Shown: positions 1 to 9,102 of the stretch, in pieces
Numbering within the stretch: the first letter of the stretch is position 1
How the letters are laid out: every line of letters starts with the position of its first letter
Virus record (IMG/VR): IMGVR_UViG_3300037524_000403
Span: 1 to 59,057 of that record
DNA: 59,057 bases
Source: a virus
Taxonomy: Duplodnaviria; Caudoviricetes
Direction: 5' to 3' (one strand)
Notes under the pieces: model-generated
Told to the model about the DNA's origin: nothing
Seen by the model: only the letters and a program-made list of their open reading frames with translations
Databases searched by the model: none
Translations under genes and position numbers: made by a program

Positions 1-1
1 T

Positions 2-1639
2 GATCCTGTTCCAAATATAGGACTGCACCTCGGAGCGGACTGGGGCCTTTGCTATGACGACCAGACAGAGGTTCTAACGGAAGCTGGCTGGAAGTTCTTC
101 AAAGATGTTGATGCTGTTTCAGACAAGGCAGCAACTAGGAATCCAGAAACAGGCGCTCTTGAATACACGCCAATCAATTTTAAGGTAGATCGCCCCTACA
201 AGGGGAAGATGCTTCAGTGGGCAAATAGCACCATAAATTTCTGTGTGACACCAGAGCACAGGGTTCCATTTTCGTACAGAGAAACGCCAGATAAGGTTCA
301 CTTCAAAGAAGCACAGTGGTTGGCAGATAATATGACTGGCCACCACTACGTTGACCTCTGCGCAAAGTGGAATAAGTCCGCAGATTGCGGGGACTATGGC
401 CCGCTAAACTGGCCCGCTGAATTATTCGCTGAGTTTATGGGCATATACCTTAGCGAGGGTTGTTGCGAAAAAGGAAGCCCAGCTTATAGAGTTACAATAT
501 CGCAGAAAGATCAGTGCCCAAAAATACAGGCTGTTTTGGATAAAACAGGGCTAAATTGGGTTTGGAAGGGCCGTGAATGGGTGGCATCGTGTCGCCCTCT
601 CGCTGAGTACCTTCAACAATTTGGCTACGCACACGACAAGCATGTGCCTCTGTCCATTAGATCCATGTCTTCGGGGAACATTCTCCGGTTTATAGATATG
701 TACACGCATGGTGATGGCCACATTCGTACAAGATCAAATGGGTCAGTTGAGCATACGATATACACGGTATCGAGCCGTATGGCTGCTGACATGCAAGAGC
801 TTGCTCTCAAGGTTGGCTGGCACTCATCTGCTAACTGGGAAGAGCCGCAAACGTCGGTTATTGCTGAGAACGGCGTTGAGCGAGAAATAACGAATACGGG
901 TGGGTATAGAGTTTGCTTTAAAAAGCGCGCCACTCGCGGCGAACTTTTGAAGGAAGCATACTCGGAGATAGATTACGACGGCAGGATATATTGCCTGAAT
1001 GTTCCGTATCACACGCTCTTCGTTAGGCGTGGCGGTAAGGTGCATTGGAATGGGAATACCCCAGCAGGATTGATTGCCCAGCGCACGGCTAGTGGACAGA
1101 TATTGATCCACCAAGAGATCGTTTGTGACGGCATTGGCGCGGTACGGTTTGCCGAGCAGATTAAGCGGGAGTTGGCTGAGAATTTTCCTGGGTTTCCGAT
1201 TACGGGACTCTGGGGCGATCCGGCGGGAGCGCAGAAGGCACAGACGGATGAGAGTACCGTCTTCGCGATAATGAAGGCGGCGGGCCTTCCGTTTAGACCA
1301 GCCCCTGGTCAGAAGATTTCACTCCGCTTGGAAGCCGTTCGCGCGCCACTTACCAGGTTGGTTGATGGAAAGCCTGGGGTTTTGATTCATCGTCGCTGCA
1401 CGATGCTCCGCGCGGCTCTATCAGGCAAGTATTGCTACAAGCGCATTCAGGTCACTGCTGAGCGCTATATGGATAAGCCTGACAAGAATGAATACAGCCA
1501 CGTTGCGGATGCGATGACTTACCTTGCTCTTGGAATGGGCGAGGGCAAGGCGCTGATGCGTGGAAGTGATTCAGAGGCTATGCGCCCTGGAGTTTGGGTC
1601 AACAATCGGAAGCCAAGAGTTTTGAGGGCAAGGGGCTAG
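2..1639 (+). CDS. terL: Terminase large subunit, C-terminal (nuclease) part, intein-containing; continues from 58227..59057
   Basis: Frame is open from position 2 (DPVPNIGLHLGADWGL). After intein removal it reads GADWGL-TPA. It also contains the WGDPAG and YSHVADA nuclease motifs. Confidence 0.92.
   Translation, partial: DPVPNIGLHLGADWGLCYDDQTEVLTEAGWKFFKDVDAVSDKAATRNPETGALEYTPINFKVDRPYKGKMLQWANSTINFCVTPEHRVPFSYRETPDKVHFKEAQWLADNMTGHHYVDLCAKWNKSADCGDYGPLNWPAELFAEFMGIYLSEGCCEKGSPAYRVTISQKDQCPKIQAVLDKTGLNWVWKGREWVASCRPLAEYLQQFGYAHDKHVPLSIRSMSSGNILRFIDMYTHGDGHIRTRSNGSVEHTIYTVSSRMAADMQELALKVGWHSSANWEEPQTSVIAENGVEREITNTGGYRVCFKKRATRGELLKEAYSEIDYDGRIYCLNVPYHTLFVRRGGKVHWNGNTPAGLIAQRTASGQILIHQEIVCDGIGAVRFAEQIKRELAENFPGFPITGLWGDPAGAQKAQTDESTVFAIMKAAGLPFRPAPGQKISLRLEAVRAPLTRLVDGKPGVLIHRRCTMLRAALSGKYCYKRIQVTAERYMDKPDKNEYSHVADAMTYLALGMGEGKALMRGSDSEAMRPGVWVNNRKPRVLRARG
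50..1057 (+). mobile_element. Intein (336 aa) with LAGLIDADG-type homing endonuclease domain in terL
   Basis: Starts CYDDQTEVLTEAGW (block A) and ends IYCLNVPYHTLFVRRGGKVHWNGN|T (blocks F/G, Thr+1). Endonuclease-like blocks FMGIYLSEG and FIDMYTHGDG are present. Confidence 0.92.
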
Positions 1640-1641
1640 AG

Positions 1642-2085
1642 ATGGTGAATCCGTATTCCCAAAAGACGGTGAAGAAGAAGGGGTTCGACGGGGTTGAGTA
1701 TGATGTCCCCCAGCCAAGGACATTCAACTCGGTTCTGGCTGGCATGGCTGTTAGCCGGGCCATCCAGGATCAGGATTATGAGGCTATTGCTACAGGTCCG
1801 CTCTCCACTCGCCACTCTGCTCAGGTGGCTCTTAAGGAGGCTGGGTATGAGGACAAGTCTGCCACATCAGGGGCATCGACTGTAACGCCAGCCACAAAAT
1901 CTTACGTCGGCACTCAGACTCGGGGTGCCATCCTTATGTCTGAGCAGGACCCGTCTGCTGTTGATGCAAAGAGCCTTGGCGGCTCAGGTTCAAGCTCTGG
2001 CGGTGGCTCATCCCAGCCTCTTGGGAATGTCGTGACGCCGGAGGACGAGTTCTTGCGCAGGTCTGGCCCGCTCCTGTTGAGGTAG
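1642..2085 (+). CDS. Hypothetical protein, Ser/Gly-rich, possibly virion-associated
   Basis: ATG directly after the terL stop; in the head operon. Confidence 0.6.
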   Translation: MVNPYSQKTVKKKGFDGVEYDVPQPRTFNSVLAGMAVSRAIQDQDYEAIATGPLSTRHSAQVALKEAGYEDKSATSGASTVTPATKSYVGTQTRGAILMSEQDPSAVDAKSLGGSGSSSGGGSSQPLGNVVTPEDEFLRRSGPLLLR

Positions 2086-2090
2086 TCACA

Positions 2091-2318
2091 ATGAGCTTTG
2101 GTTCCTCTACTCCGTCTCCCCCCAAGCCTCAGCCCGTGACTCCTGTCCCGCAAGAGGATGATCCAAAGTCCCTTGAGGCGAGGAGGGTGGCTGCTGCTGC
2201 GGCTGCCCGCCAGGAGGGGGCCTCTGCCCATCTGTTGAGTGGAGAGAAGGGTATTGAGGAAGACCCTGATGTTTCCAAGAAGAAGCTTCTTGGAACAAGC
2301 TCTATGTCCACTGTTTAG
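2091..2318 (+). CDS. Small pre-portal protein, paralog 1 (positional analog of T7 gp6.7/gp7.3)
   Basis: GAGG RBS; MSFG start, Pro-rich N-part, LL..acidic..KKKLLG end; upstream of portal. Confidence 0.7.
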   Translation: MSFGSSTPSPPKPQPVTPVPQEDDPKSLEARRVAAAAAARQEGASAHLLSGEKGIEEDPDVSKKKLLGTSSMSTV

Positions 2319-2327
2319 GAGTCATAG

Positions 2328-2525
2328 ATGGGATTTGGAAAAAAGAAATCTGACCCAACTCCGGCTCCTGTAAAGCCGCAGATTGTAGTGTCTCCTGGAT
2401 CGGGCTCTGGATTGACTGATGGAGCGACGGCACAGCAGGCTCAGCGCGTAGAGACTGCAACACCCCAAACATCACTTCTCACTCAGAATGATGAGGATGA
2501 TAAGCTCAAGAAGGGAATTGGCTAA
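2328..2525 (+). CDS. Small pre-portal protein, paralog 2
   Basis: AGGAG RBS; MGFGKKKS...SLLTQNDEDDKLKKGIG. Confidence 0.7.
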   Translation: MGFGKKKSDPTPAPVKPQIVVSPGSGSGLTDGATAQQAQRVETATPQTSLLTQNDEDDKLKKGIG

Positions 2526-2728
2526 TGGGAATGGGAAAAAAGTCTGCGCCTAAGGCTCCGCCGCCTGCTCCTGTTGCTGCCCCGACAGTCGAAACAAAGA
2601 CGACGGTTGATAGCCAGGCGGCAAAGAACGCTAACGCTCAGGCTCGGGTTGAGGAGAACCAGTCCGCTACCCTCCTGCAAACCAAGGACGATGAGCTTCT
2701 GAAGAAGCAGCAAGTGGGGGTCGCCTGA
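2525..2728 (+). CDS. Small pre-portal protein, paralog 3
   Basis: TAATG coupling; MGMGKKS...TLLQTKDDELLKKQQVG. Confidence 0.7.
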   Translation: MGMGKKSAPKAPPPAPVAAPTVETKTTVDSQAAKNANAQARVEENQSATLLQTKDDELLKKQQVGVA

Positions 2729-2934
2729 TGGGTATGGGGGGAAGTAAGAAAAGCTCTGCTCCAAAGACTGGGGCAGATGGGCTGCCTAGACCATCGGTGA
2801 CGAGTGCGGTTCCAACTGCTGGCAATCCAATCCCGCGTCAGTCAGTGGCGGTTCAAGAGAAGCTTTCAGAGCAAACCAAGTCCGCATCTCTTTTGCAGGA
2901 TGAGGACGAGCTTATGAAGAAGGGCCTGGCCTAA
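2728..2934 (+). CDS. Small pre-portal protein, paralog 4
   Basis: TGATG coupling; MGMGGSKKS...SLLQDEDELMKKGLA. Confidence 0.7.
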   Translation: MGMGGSKKSSAPKTGADGLPRPSVTSAVPTAGNPIPRQSVAVQEKLSEQTKSASLLQDEDELMKKGLA

Positions 2935-4679
2935 TGGCTATGGATGACGCCAAGCAAAAGGTCTTTGACCTTGCTTGTCGGCTCAAGGAAAACAGAGGTG
3001 AGTGGCTTACTCTCTTTGAAGAGCTGGCTCGCATGTACCTCCCGAACCGCGCTGGGTTTACCGGCGAGGTTAGTGAGGGTGATGAGCGCAATTGGGACAT
3101 TTACACCTCAGCTCCTCGATTGGCGCGGCGCGGCCTTTCTACCGCCCTCTCCACGATGCTCCGCCCACCGGGACGGGAATGGTTCCGCGCCCGCGCGAAG
3201 GACGAGGTGCTGAATTACGATGAGGCGTCTCGTGCTTGGTTGGATGTTGCTACGCGGATTACCTATGCCGCAATCTATGACCCGGATGTAGATGCGGACA
3301 GATCACTGTCCGAAGCGGACGATGATCTTGTCACCTTTGGTACGGCGGTAATCCAGGTCCTCTGGGATCTTTCCAAGAGCAAGCTTCAGTTCAAGACGAT
3401 ACCGCTCAAGAACGCGGTGCTGATGACAAATGCTCAGGGCAAGGTTGACGGCATCGCCTACTTCCAGGAGCTTGAGCTACGTCAAATCTTAGATCTCTTC
3501 CCGGAAGAGAAGCTGACGCAGCAGATGCAGGATGCCCTTAAGAAGGGTGACCCGAAGTTCAGCCAAAAGTTTGAGATCCTTCACGTTGTCATTCCGAATG
3601 ATGACTATCTGAGGTTTGGCAAGGGACCTAACCGCCTCCCTTACAAGAGCCTTTGGTTCTCTGTGAAGGACAAGGAGCTGCTGGACGAGGGTGGGTACTA
3701 CTCCTTCCCGTACATCGTCCCGCGCTGGGATACGATGACGGGAGAGGTTTATGGCCGTTCTCCCGCGATGGTAGCACTAGCGGACGCTCGCCTAGCCAAT
3801 GCCGTCAGCAAGACGATGATTGAGGCCGGTGAGAAGGCTCTTGATCCGCCGTTGGTTGCTCCCGCCGATATGATCCGTGGTGACGTGGAGTTGTTCGCTG
3901 GCGGCTTGACGCTCTACGATGCAAACGGCTTCCAATACCAAGGCGATCCAATTCGTCCGGTTCAGCTCGGAAAGATCCCTGACAAGATTTATGAGTTCCT
4001 GGGAGAGGTGGAGCGGCGCATTTATGCAGCCTTCTACCGCGACGTTCTGGAGCTTCCGAACACGGCTGAGAAGGATTTGACCGCGACTGAGATCAACGCG
4101 CGGATGGATCAGTACCTTAGACAGGCAGCGCCTGTCTTCTCCCGCATTGAGGCTCAGTACAACGCCCCTCTGATCAACCGCGTCTTTGAGCTTCTGGCCG
4201 CGAATACGATGTTCCCCGATGCTCCTCCCCAGCTCCAGGGACAGGAGATTAAGTTTGAATACGAGTCTCCGGTCAAGCAGGCCCGCGAGAAGGCCAAGGC
4301 CATTAAGATGTTGGAGGCCTTGCAGTCTGTGTTGCCGATGGCTGAGGCTGCCCCTCAGATCATCGATAACATCGATATGGACATCACGACCCGTATCATC
4401 TTGCAGAACTTTGGGTTCCCGCAGGAGGCGATGGCTCCCTTGGAGGCAATGCAGCAACAGCGTGCTGCCCGTGCCAAGGAAATGCAGATGGCCAAGATGG
4501 CTCAGATGGCTCAGATGGCCGGTCCTGCAATGGCACAGAGCATCACGGCTGCCGCGAAGGCCAAGGAGGCTGGTCTTGTTCCGCAAGATCAAGCCTTCCC
4601 GGATTCTGCTGCTGGCTTGATCCCGCCGCCCGGCGAGGCTCAAGAGATCCTTGATGCTGAGTTTGAGGACGCTGCGTGA
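2934..4679 (+). CDS. Portal (head-to-tail connector) protein, T7 gp8/BPP-1-like
   Basis: 581 aa; motifs FPYIVPRW...GEVYGRSP and LTATEINAR typical of podoviral connectors. Confidence 0.92.
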   Translation: MAMDDAKQKVFDLACRLKENRGEWLTLFEELARMYLPNRAGFTGEVSEGDERNWDIYTSAPRLARRGLSTALSTMLRPPGREWFRARAKDEVLNYDEASRAWLDVATRITYAAIYDPDVDADRSLSEADDDLVTFGTAVIQVLWDLSKSKLQFKTIPLKNAVLMTNAQGKVDGIAYFQELELRQILDLFPEEKLTQQMQDALKKGDPKFSQKFEILHVVIPNDDYLRFGKGPNRLPYKSLWFSVKDKELLDEGGYYSFPYIVPRWDTMTGEVYGRSPAMVALADARLANAVSKTMIEAGEKALDPPLVAPADMIRGDVELFAGGLTLYDANGFQYQGDPIRPVQLGKIPDKIYEFLGEVERRIYAAFYRDVLELPNTAEKDLTATEINARMDQYLRQAAPVFSRIEAQYNAPLINRVFELLAANTMFPDAPPQLQGQEIKFEYESPVKQAREKAKAIKMLEALQSVLPMAEAAPQIIDNIDMDITTRIILQNFGFPQEAMAPLEAMQQQRAARAKEMQMAKMAQMAQMAGPAMAQSITAAAKAKEAGLVPQDQAFPDSAAGLIPPPGEAQEILDAEFEDAA

Positions 4680-4945
4680 AAGTAAGAGAGCGTGTTTCTG
4701 CTAACGCAGGTGTTCTTGGGGTTGTGGAGCGTTCCGCCCTCTACAAGTCCGTCTTCAATACGATTGAAGGCCAAAAGGTACTGGCGGATATTCTGAACCG
4801 TCTTTGCAATGTTGACGGTCCTTGCTTCACCGAAGCTCCCCTTGGGATTGCCTACAATACAGCTAGGCGAGACGTAGGTTTGGAGATAGCCCGCTTGGTG
4901 TGGCTGGAGGTCACTGAGGACAAAACTCCAGAGGTTGTTAAATGA
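4676..4945 (+). CDS. Bbp19-like small phage protein
   Basis: LYKSVFNTIEGQKVLADIL pattern; position between portal and scaffold. Confidence 0.65.
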   Translation: MKVRERVSANAGVLGVVERSALYKSVFNTIEGQKVLADILNRLCNVDGPCFTEAPLGIAYNTARRDVGLEIARLVWLEVTEDKTPEVVK

Positions 4946-5859
4946 GCGAAGTTGCTAATGGCAACGCTACGGGAAATTCTGCGCCGACAGGTAACGTTCA
5001 GTCACCTTCGCCCAGTGGCTATCAGGGTGGAGGTCAGAGTTCTGGCAATAACGGACCCTGGTACTCCTCCTTCACTTCCGGTCTGGAAGGACCCGACGCG
5101 GAAGGATTCACGTCCTACGCATCCCGTTACCAGGACCCTGCATCGTTTGCGAAGGCAGTTGCAAATCTCCGCCGCTCGCATGACTCGCGCATTCCGCTCC
5201 CAGGTCCCGATGCAGACGAGAATCAGTGGGGAGAGGTCTACGATAAGCTAGGCCGCCCCAAGAGCCCGGCTGAGTATCAGTTCAATCATCTTCAAGACGC
5301 TCCGCCGCTTGCGGACGTTGAAACGGAAGCTCGCGAGAACTTCCGTGGCGTAGCGCATCGTCTTGGTCTGACTCAGAAGCAGATCGATGGTCTGACTCAG
5401 TGGAATGATTCATTCCGTAAGACTCAATATGAGGCTTTCGAGAATGCCCCGAAGTTCTCTGCTGAGAAGACCAAGGAAATCCTCACGAAAAAGTATGGCC
5501 CTGATCGCGATAGGAATTTGAACGTCTATCGCAATACGGTGAAGCAATACATCGGGGAAGACCTTGAAGCCGCATCCAAGCTTCGTTTGGATGACGGCTC
5601 CTTTGTTTTGGATCATCCTGCGATTGTCGATGCGTTCATTCGCATTGGCCTTGAGCGTGCAGAGGACCAGCGTGGTGTTCCGATGCTCAGCGCTAGTGAG
5701 CGTGAGTCTACGCAGGCGAAGATTGCTGCTCTTGAGCAGGACGCAGCGAGGAACGGGATCTCTACGGCATCGGAGCCGTATTACTCCCAGCTTCGTTCCC
5801 TCTACGAAAAGCTTGAGGGCAAGAAAAAGATAGGGGCCAACACAGTCTTTAGTGGATGA
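4942..5859 (+). CDS. Capsid assembly scaffolding protein
   Basis: Low-complexity N-terminus, YDKLGRPKSPAEY and AHRLGLTQKQ motifs; between portal and capsid. Confidence 0.8.
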   Translation: MSEVANGNATGNSAPTGNVQSPSPSGYQGGGQSSGNNGPWYSSFTSGLEGPDAEGFTSYASRYQDPASFAKAVANLRRSHDSRIPLPGPDADENQWGEVYDKLGRPKSPAEYQFNHLQDAPPLADVETEARENFRGVAHRLGLTQKQIDGLTQWNDSFRKTQYEAFENAPKFSAEKTKEILTKKYGPDRDRNLNVYRNTVKQYIGEDLEAASKLRLDDGSFVLDHPAIVDAFIRIGLERAEDQRGVPMLSASERESTQAKIAALEQDAARNGISTASEPYYSQLRSLYEKLEGKKKIGANTVFSG

Positions 5860-5867
5860 GGTGACAA

Positions 5868-6506
5868 ATTCCTCGGCTCATAGATTTAACTGGGTTGCGG
5901 GTGGGTCGGCTGACTGTTGTTAGCCGTGGACCAAATGATGGCAACAGCCCCCGATGGCACTGCCGCTGTGATTGCGGCAGTGAGCGTCTAATTTACGGTG
6001 GCCATTTGCGCCGCGCCAACCAGCAGTCATGTGGTTGCGCTCGTCGGGAGAAGAATACAAAGCACGGGTTGTCAAACAGGCACAGTGCCTACCAGGCCTG
6101 GGTCGCCATGATGGGCCGGTGCTACAATTCCCAAAGCAAGGCCTATGCAAATTATGGCGGGAGAGGGATTCGGGTTTGCGATCGGTGGCACGACCCGGTT
6201 CAGTTTTGCTCTGACATGGGACCAAGACCGAGCGCAGAGCATTCCATTGATCGCATTGACAACGACGGCAACTATGAGCCGGAAAATTGTCGTTGGGCAA
6301 CGAAAAAGCAGCAAATGAACAATCGGCGCGTTTCAAGGAAGATCACTCACAACGGGCAAACGCGCACGGTTGCCAAATGGGCTGCGGATCTGGGCATTGG
6401 ATGGCACATCATCGCCCAGAGAATAAGCAGAGGGTGGACCACTAAAGAGGCTATTGAGACGCCTGTTAGAAAGAAGAGGGACATATGCTTACAGAGCTTG
6501 CCTTGA
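5868..6506 (+). CDS. HNH homing endonuclease (probable ATT start; first TTG at 5895)
   Basis: IDLTGLRVGRL, WHCRCDCG, YGGRGIRVCDRW and SIDRIDNDGNYEPENCRWAT motifs. Confidence 0.85.
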   Translation: MPRLIDLTGLRVGRLTVVSRGPNDGNSPRWHCRCDCGSERLIYGGHLRRANQQSCGCARREKNTKHGLSNRHSAYQAWVAMMGRCYNSQSKAYANYGGRGIRVCDRWHDPVQFCSDMGPRPSAEHSIDRIDNDGNYEPENCRWATKKQQMNNRRVSRKITHNGQTRTVAKWAADLGIGWHIIAQRISRGWTTKEAIETPVRKKRDICLQSLP

Positions 6507-6688
6507 CTATTTGCCTTTTGGATGACGCTCAGAAGTGCCGGGAAGAGCACATGACTTTCTCGGATGTTTCGCTTCTGACGTGCTCCATCGCTGGGCAAGC
6601 TCAGGTCGCTCACTATATGGAGCGCAGGCCTCGTTGGTTCGTGAAGCGTTGGGCCTGCCAGCAGGCGGGGAAATACGCCAAGATTTAG
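6485..6688 (+). CDS. Hypothetical protein (Cys-containing)
   Basis: GAGG RBS and ATG; operon context. Confidence 0.5.
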   Translation: MLTELALTICLLDDAQKCREEHMTFSDVSLLTCSIAGQAQVAHYMERRPRWFVKRWACQQAGKYAKI

Positions 6689-6700
6689 CGGGAGTGCCCA

Positions 6701-7189
6701 ATGGGCATCAAAAAGTTGCTGGGCATGGGTGATAAACCTGGCCCGACAGAGCTTCTGATCAGGGCAGCCGTGCTTCTGATCGTGAAGGAATTAAGAAAAA
6801 CGGAGACACAAATTATGAGCACTCTTGACGATGTAAAAGCCAAGGTTGCCGAGCAGTCGAGCGTTGTGGCTTCTGCCGTAGCGTTTATCGATGGGCTGAA
6901 GGACAAGCTGGATGCAGCGGTTGCTGAATTGAAAGCTGGTGGCAGCCCAGAGAAGATCAAAGAAATCGTGGACGCTTTGGACGCTGACAAGAACAAACTT
7001 GCCGAAGCGATCAAGGAGAACACGATTGCGGAGATTGAACCTGCACCGGCCCCGGTTGAAGAGCCTGCCCCTGTTGTGGAGCCTGCACCGGCTCCGGTTG
7101 TTGAACCGGCACCGGAGCCCGCTCCCGAGCCTGTTCCTGCCCCGGCAGAGGACGCTCCCAAAACGGACCAGTGGGGCAACCCGCTTTAA
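6701..7189 (+). CDS. Coiled-coil protein with Pro/Ala/Glu repeat tail (alternative start 6815)
   Basis: GGAG RBS at both ATGs; repeated PAPV(V/E)E units. Confidence 0.65.
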   Translation: MGIKKLLGMGDKPGPTELLIRAAVLLIVKELRKTETQIMSTLDDVKAKVAEQSSVVASAVAFIDGLKDKLDAAVAELKAGGSPEKIKEIVDALDADKNKLAEAIKENTIAEIEPAPAPVEEPAPVVEPAPAPVVEPAPEPAPEPVPAPAEDAPKTDQWGNPL

Positions 7190-7246
7190 CGCTCCCGCAG
7201 GCCTACGCCACTAGCGTAGGTGCGCTGGTTGCGTAGGTACGCCATT

Positions 7247-7280
7247 CCCCATAGCAGGCAACTGCTGTGGGGTTTTTCTT
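7247..7280 (+). terminator. Intrinsic terminator
   Basis: CCCCATAGCAG-GCAA-CTGCTGTGGGG followed by TTTTTCTT. Confidence 0.75.
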
Positions 7281-7470
7281 GCCGGATACCCCGCAAGGCC
7301 CCGGCGCTTTCACTACTGGAATCACGTCAAAACGAAGCCCGGTGAAAGCCGAGCTGAGGCCCGCATTGCGGCACCCCTGACAGCAAAGCACTCACATACC
7401 GGACACCCTTTGTTCGACGCCTAGCCGCTCGAAAGAGCAATTCAACCGTCAATAGGAAAGGGAGTCTGAA

Positions 7471-8313
7471 ATGACAGCTCCGACTATTGACCAAGCCTTT
7501 ATTACGCAGTTCAACAAGGACCTCCACCTGACGTATCGTCAGATGGGATCTAAGCTGCGTGGCTTGGTCAGGACGGATGGCCAGGTGGTTGGCTCGTCCG
7601 TCAACTTCTACAAGCTCGGCACGTTGGCAGCCGGAACGAAAGCCCGCAACGGCGACATTCCGGTTCAAAATCCTGACCACTCAAAGGTCACCGCCAACAT
7701 GGCCGATTGGTACATCCACATGCTGGTAGATCAGCTTGATCTCACCAAGCTAGAAGTGGATGTCCGCAAGGGTTACGTTGATGCTGGCGCTTCTGCGTTT
7801 GGCATCAAGACTGACCAGATCATCATCGGCGCTCTAGAGTCCGGTGCGACGGTCAACTTCGGTGGCTACACCGGCAACCTGACGCGGAACAACTGCCTCA
7901 CGGCTGTTCAGAAGCTCAATGAGGCCTTCGTCCCTGATGATGGCAAGCGCTTTGCCCTCGTCTCGGCTGCGGCCTGGTCGCATCTGATGGCGATCGATCA
8001 GTTCGTTCGCTCGGACTACGTTGGTCCCGATCTGCCCTTCAAGCAAATGGGCATCGAGGCTCGTACGTGGCTGGGCGTTCACTGGATGACGCATCAGTAT
8101 CTGCCGGGCGTCGGCACCTCAAACGCCAAGTACTACATGTTCCATTCCTCTGCGATTGGTCACGGCATCAACGCTGATGTCTCGACCCAGTGGCAGTGGA
8201 AGAACGAAAAGTGGGCTTGGTCGATGGCCGGTGCAATGTCCATGGGCGCTGTGGTTATCGATACGAACGGCATCGTTGAGATGCGGTTCAACGATACCGC
8301 AACGCTGCCATAA
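7471..8313 (+). CDS. Major capsid protein
   Basis: 280 aa; IDQAFITQF...YRQMGSKLRGLV start typical of BPP-1/HTVC010P-like capsids; strong RBS. Confidence 0.88.
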   Translation: MTAPTIDQAFITQFNKDLHLTYRQMGSKLRGLVRTDGQVVGSSVNFYKLGTLAAGTKARNGDIPVQNPDHSKVTANMADWYIHMLVDQLDLTKLEVDVRKGYVDAGASAFGIKTDQIIIGALESGATVNFGGYTGNLTRNNCLTAVQKLNEAFVPDDGKRFALVSAAAWSHLMAIDQFVRSDYVGPDLPFKQMGIEARTWLGVHWMTHQYLPGVGTSNAKYYMFHSSAIGHGINADVSTQWQWKNEKWAWSMAGAMSMGAVVIDTNGIVEMRFNDTATLP

Positions 8314-8327
8314 GGGAGGGATAGCAC

Positions 8328-8603
8328 ATGCCGTATAACAGCAACTATCTGTCCTGCGTTACTCCTCATGGCGGTCTTTCGGGATCAAATCTGTGGTTCT
8401 ACACGACCACGGATAACGCCGCTACCATTGCTGGTGCTGGCTACTTCTCCGATGGCATCGCCAAGGGTATGGGAGTGAATGACGTAGTGATCGTGACTCA
8501 GGTCACGGCGCTGCCCAACACGACGCCGACCGGCATCTCGGTCTACGTGGTTTCCGCCGTCACTGCGACGGCTGCCACCGTGATCAAGACGGGCACGGCA
8601 TAA
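8328..8603 (+). CDS. Probable capsid decoration/cement protein
   Basis: Small beta-rich protein directly after the capsid gene; GGAGG RBS. Confidence 0.55.
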   Translation: MPYNSNYLSCVTPHGGLSGSNLWFYTTTDNAATIAGAGYFSDGIAKGMGVNDVVIVTQVTALPNTTPTGISVYVVSAVTATAATVIKTGTA

Positions 8604-8661
8604 CCGCTCAACAGGCCCCTGGGATTCTCCTGGGGGCCTGTTGGCATATCTGGAGACTCAA

Positions 8662-9102
8662 ATGGTCGCGGCACGGCAGCATTGGCTGCACTCTTGGAAT
8701 ATCGATACCCAGCGCGGGCGGCACGACTACGACTGCCCCGAACACAAGATCGAAGAAATGATGCACGCCAGATATTTTGGCGCGATCCACCAGTGCTTTA
8801 AGCGCGGTGACTACGTTTACGTGACGGACGCAGAACAGAAGCTCTGCACGTTCCTGATTGAGGACGTGGATGCTGAGAACCGTCAGGTTCGCTTCTCTGT
8901 CCTTGAGAAGTTTGAGGCGAAACTTGTCACTGCTGATTCCGATGAGAGGGACAGCGGAATGGCGATCAAGTGGAAGGGGCCGCGAGGCGGCTTGTTTTGC
9001 ATCGTGGACAAAGAGGGCAATGTCCTGAAGTCAGAGCTCCGCAACAAGGTAGAGGCGGAGCGTGCAATGGCTGAGCTGATTGGAAAGCTTGAGGCAGCTT
9101 AA
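8662..9102 (+). CDS. Hypothetical phage protein
   Basis: GGAG RBS before ATG 8662; coupled to the tail tube A gene. Confidence 0.6.
   Translation: MVAARQHWLHSWNIDTQRGRHDYDCPEHKIEEMMHARYFGAIHQCFKRGDYVYVTDAEQKLCTFLIEDVDAENRQVRFSVLEKFEAKLVTADSDERDSGMAIKWKGPRGGLFCIVDKEGNVLKSELRNKVEAERAMAELIGKLEAA

Noticed and set aside
3792-4643. Long antisense ORFs (e.g. 3792..4643, 16282..16992, 54818..55600)
   Set aside because: They are shadows of well-supported + strand genes with no recognisable motifs.
8609-8643. Hairpin after the decoration gene as a terminator
   Set aside because: The stem is strong but has no U-tract; it may be a stability element, so it was not called.
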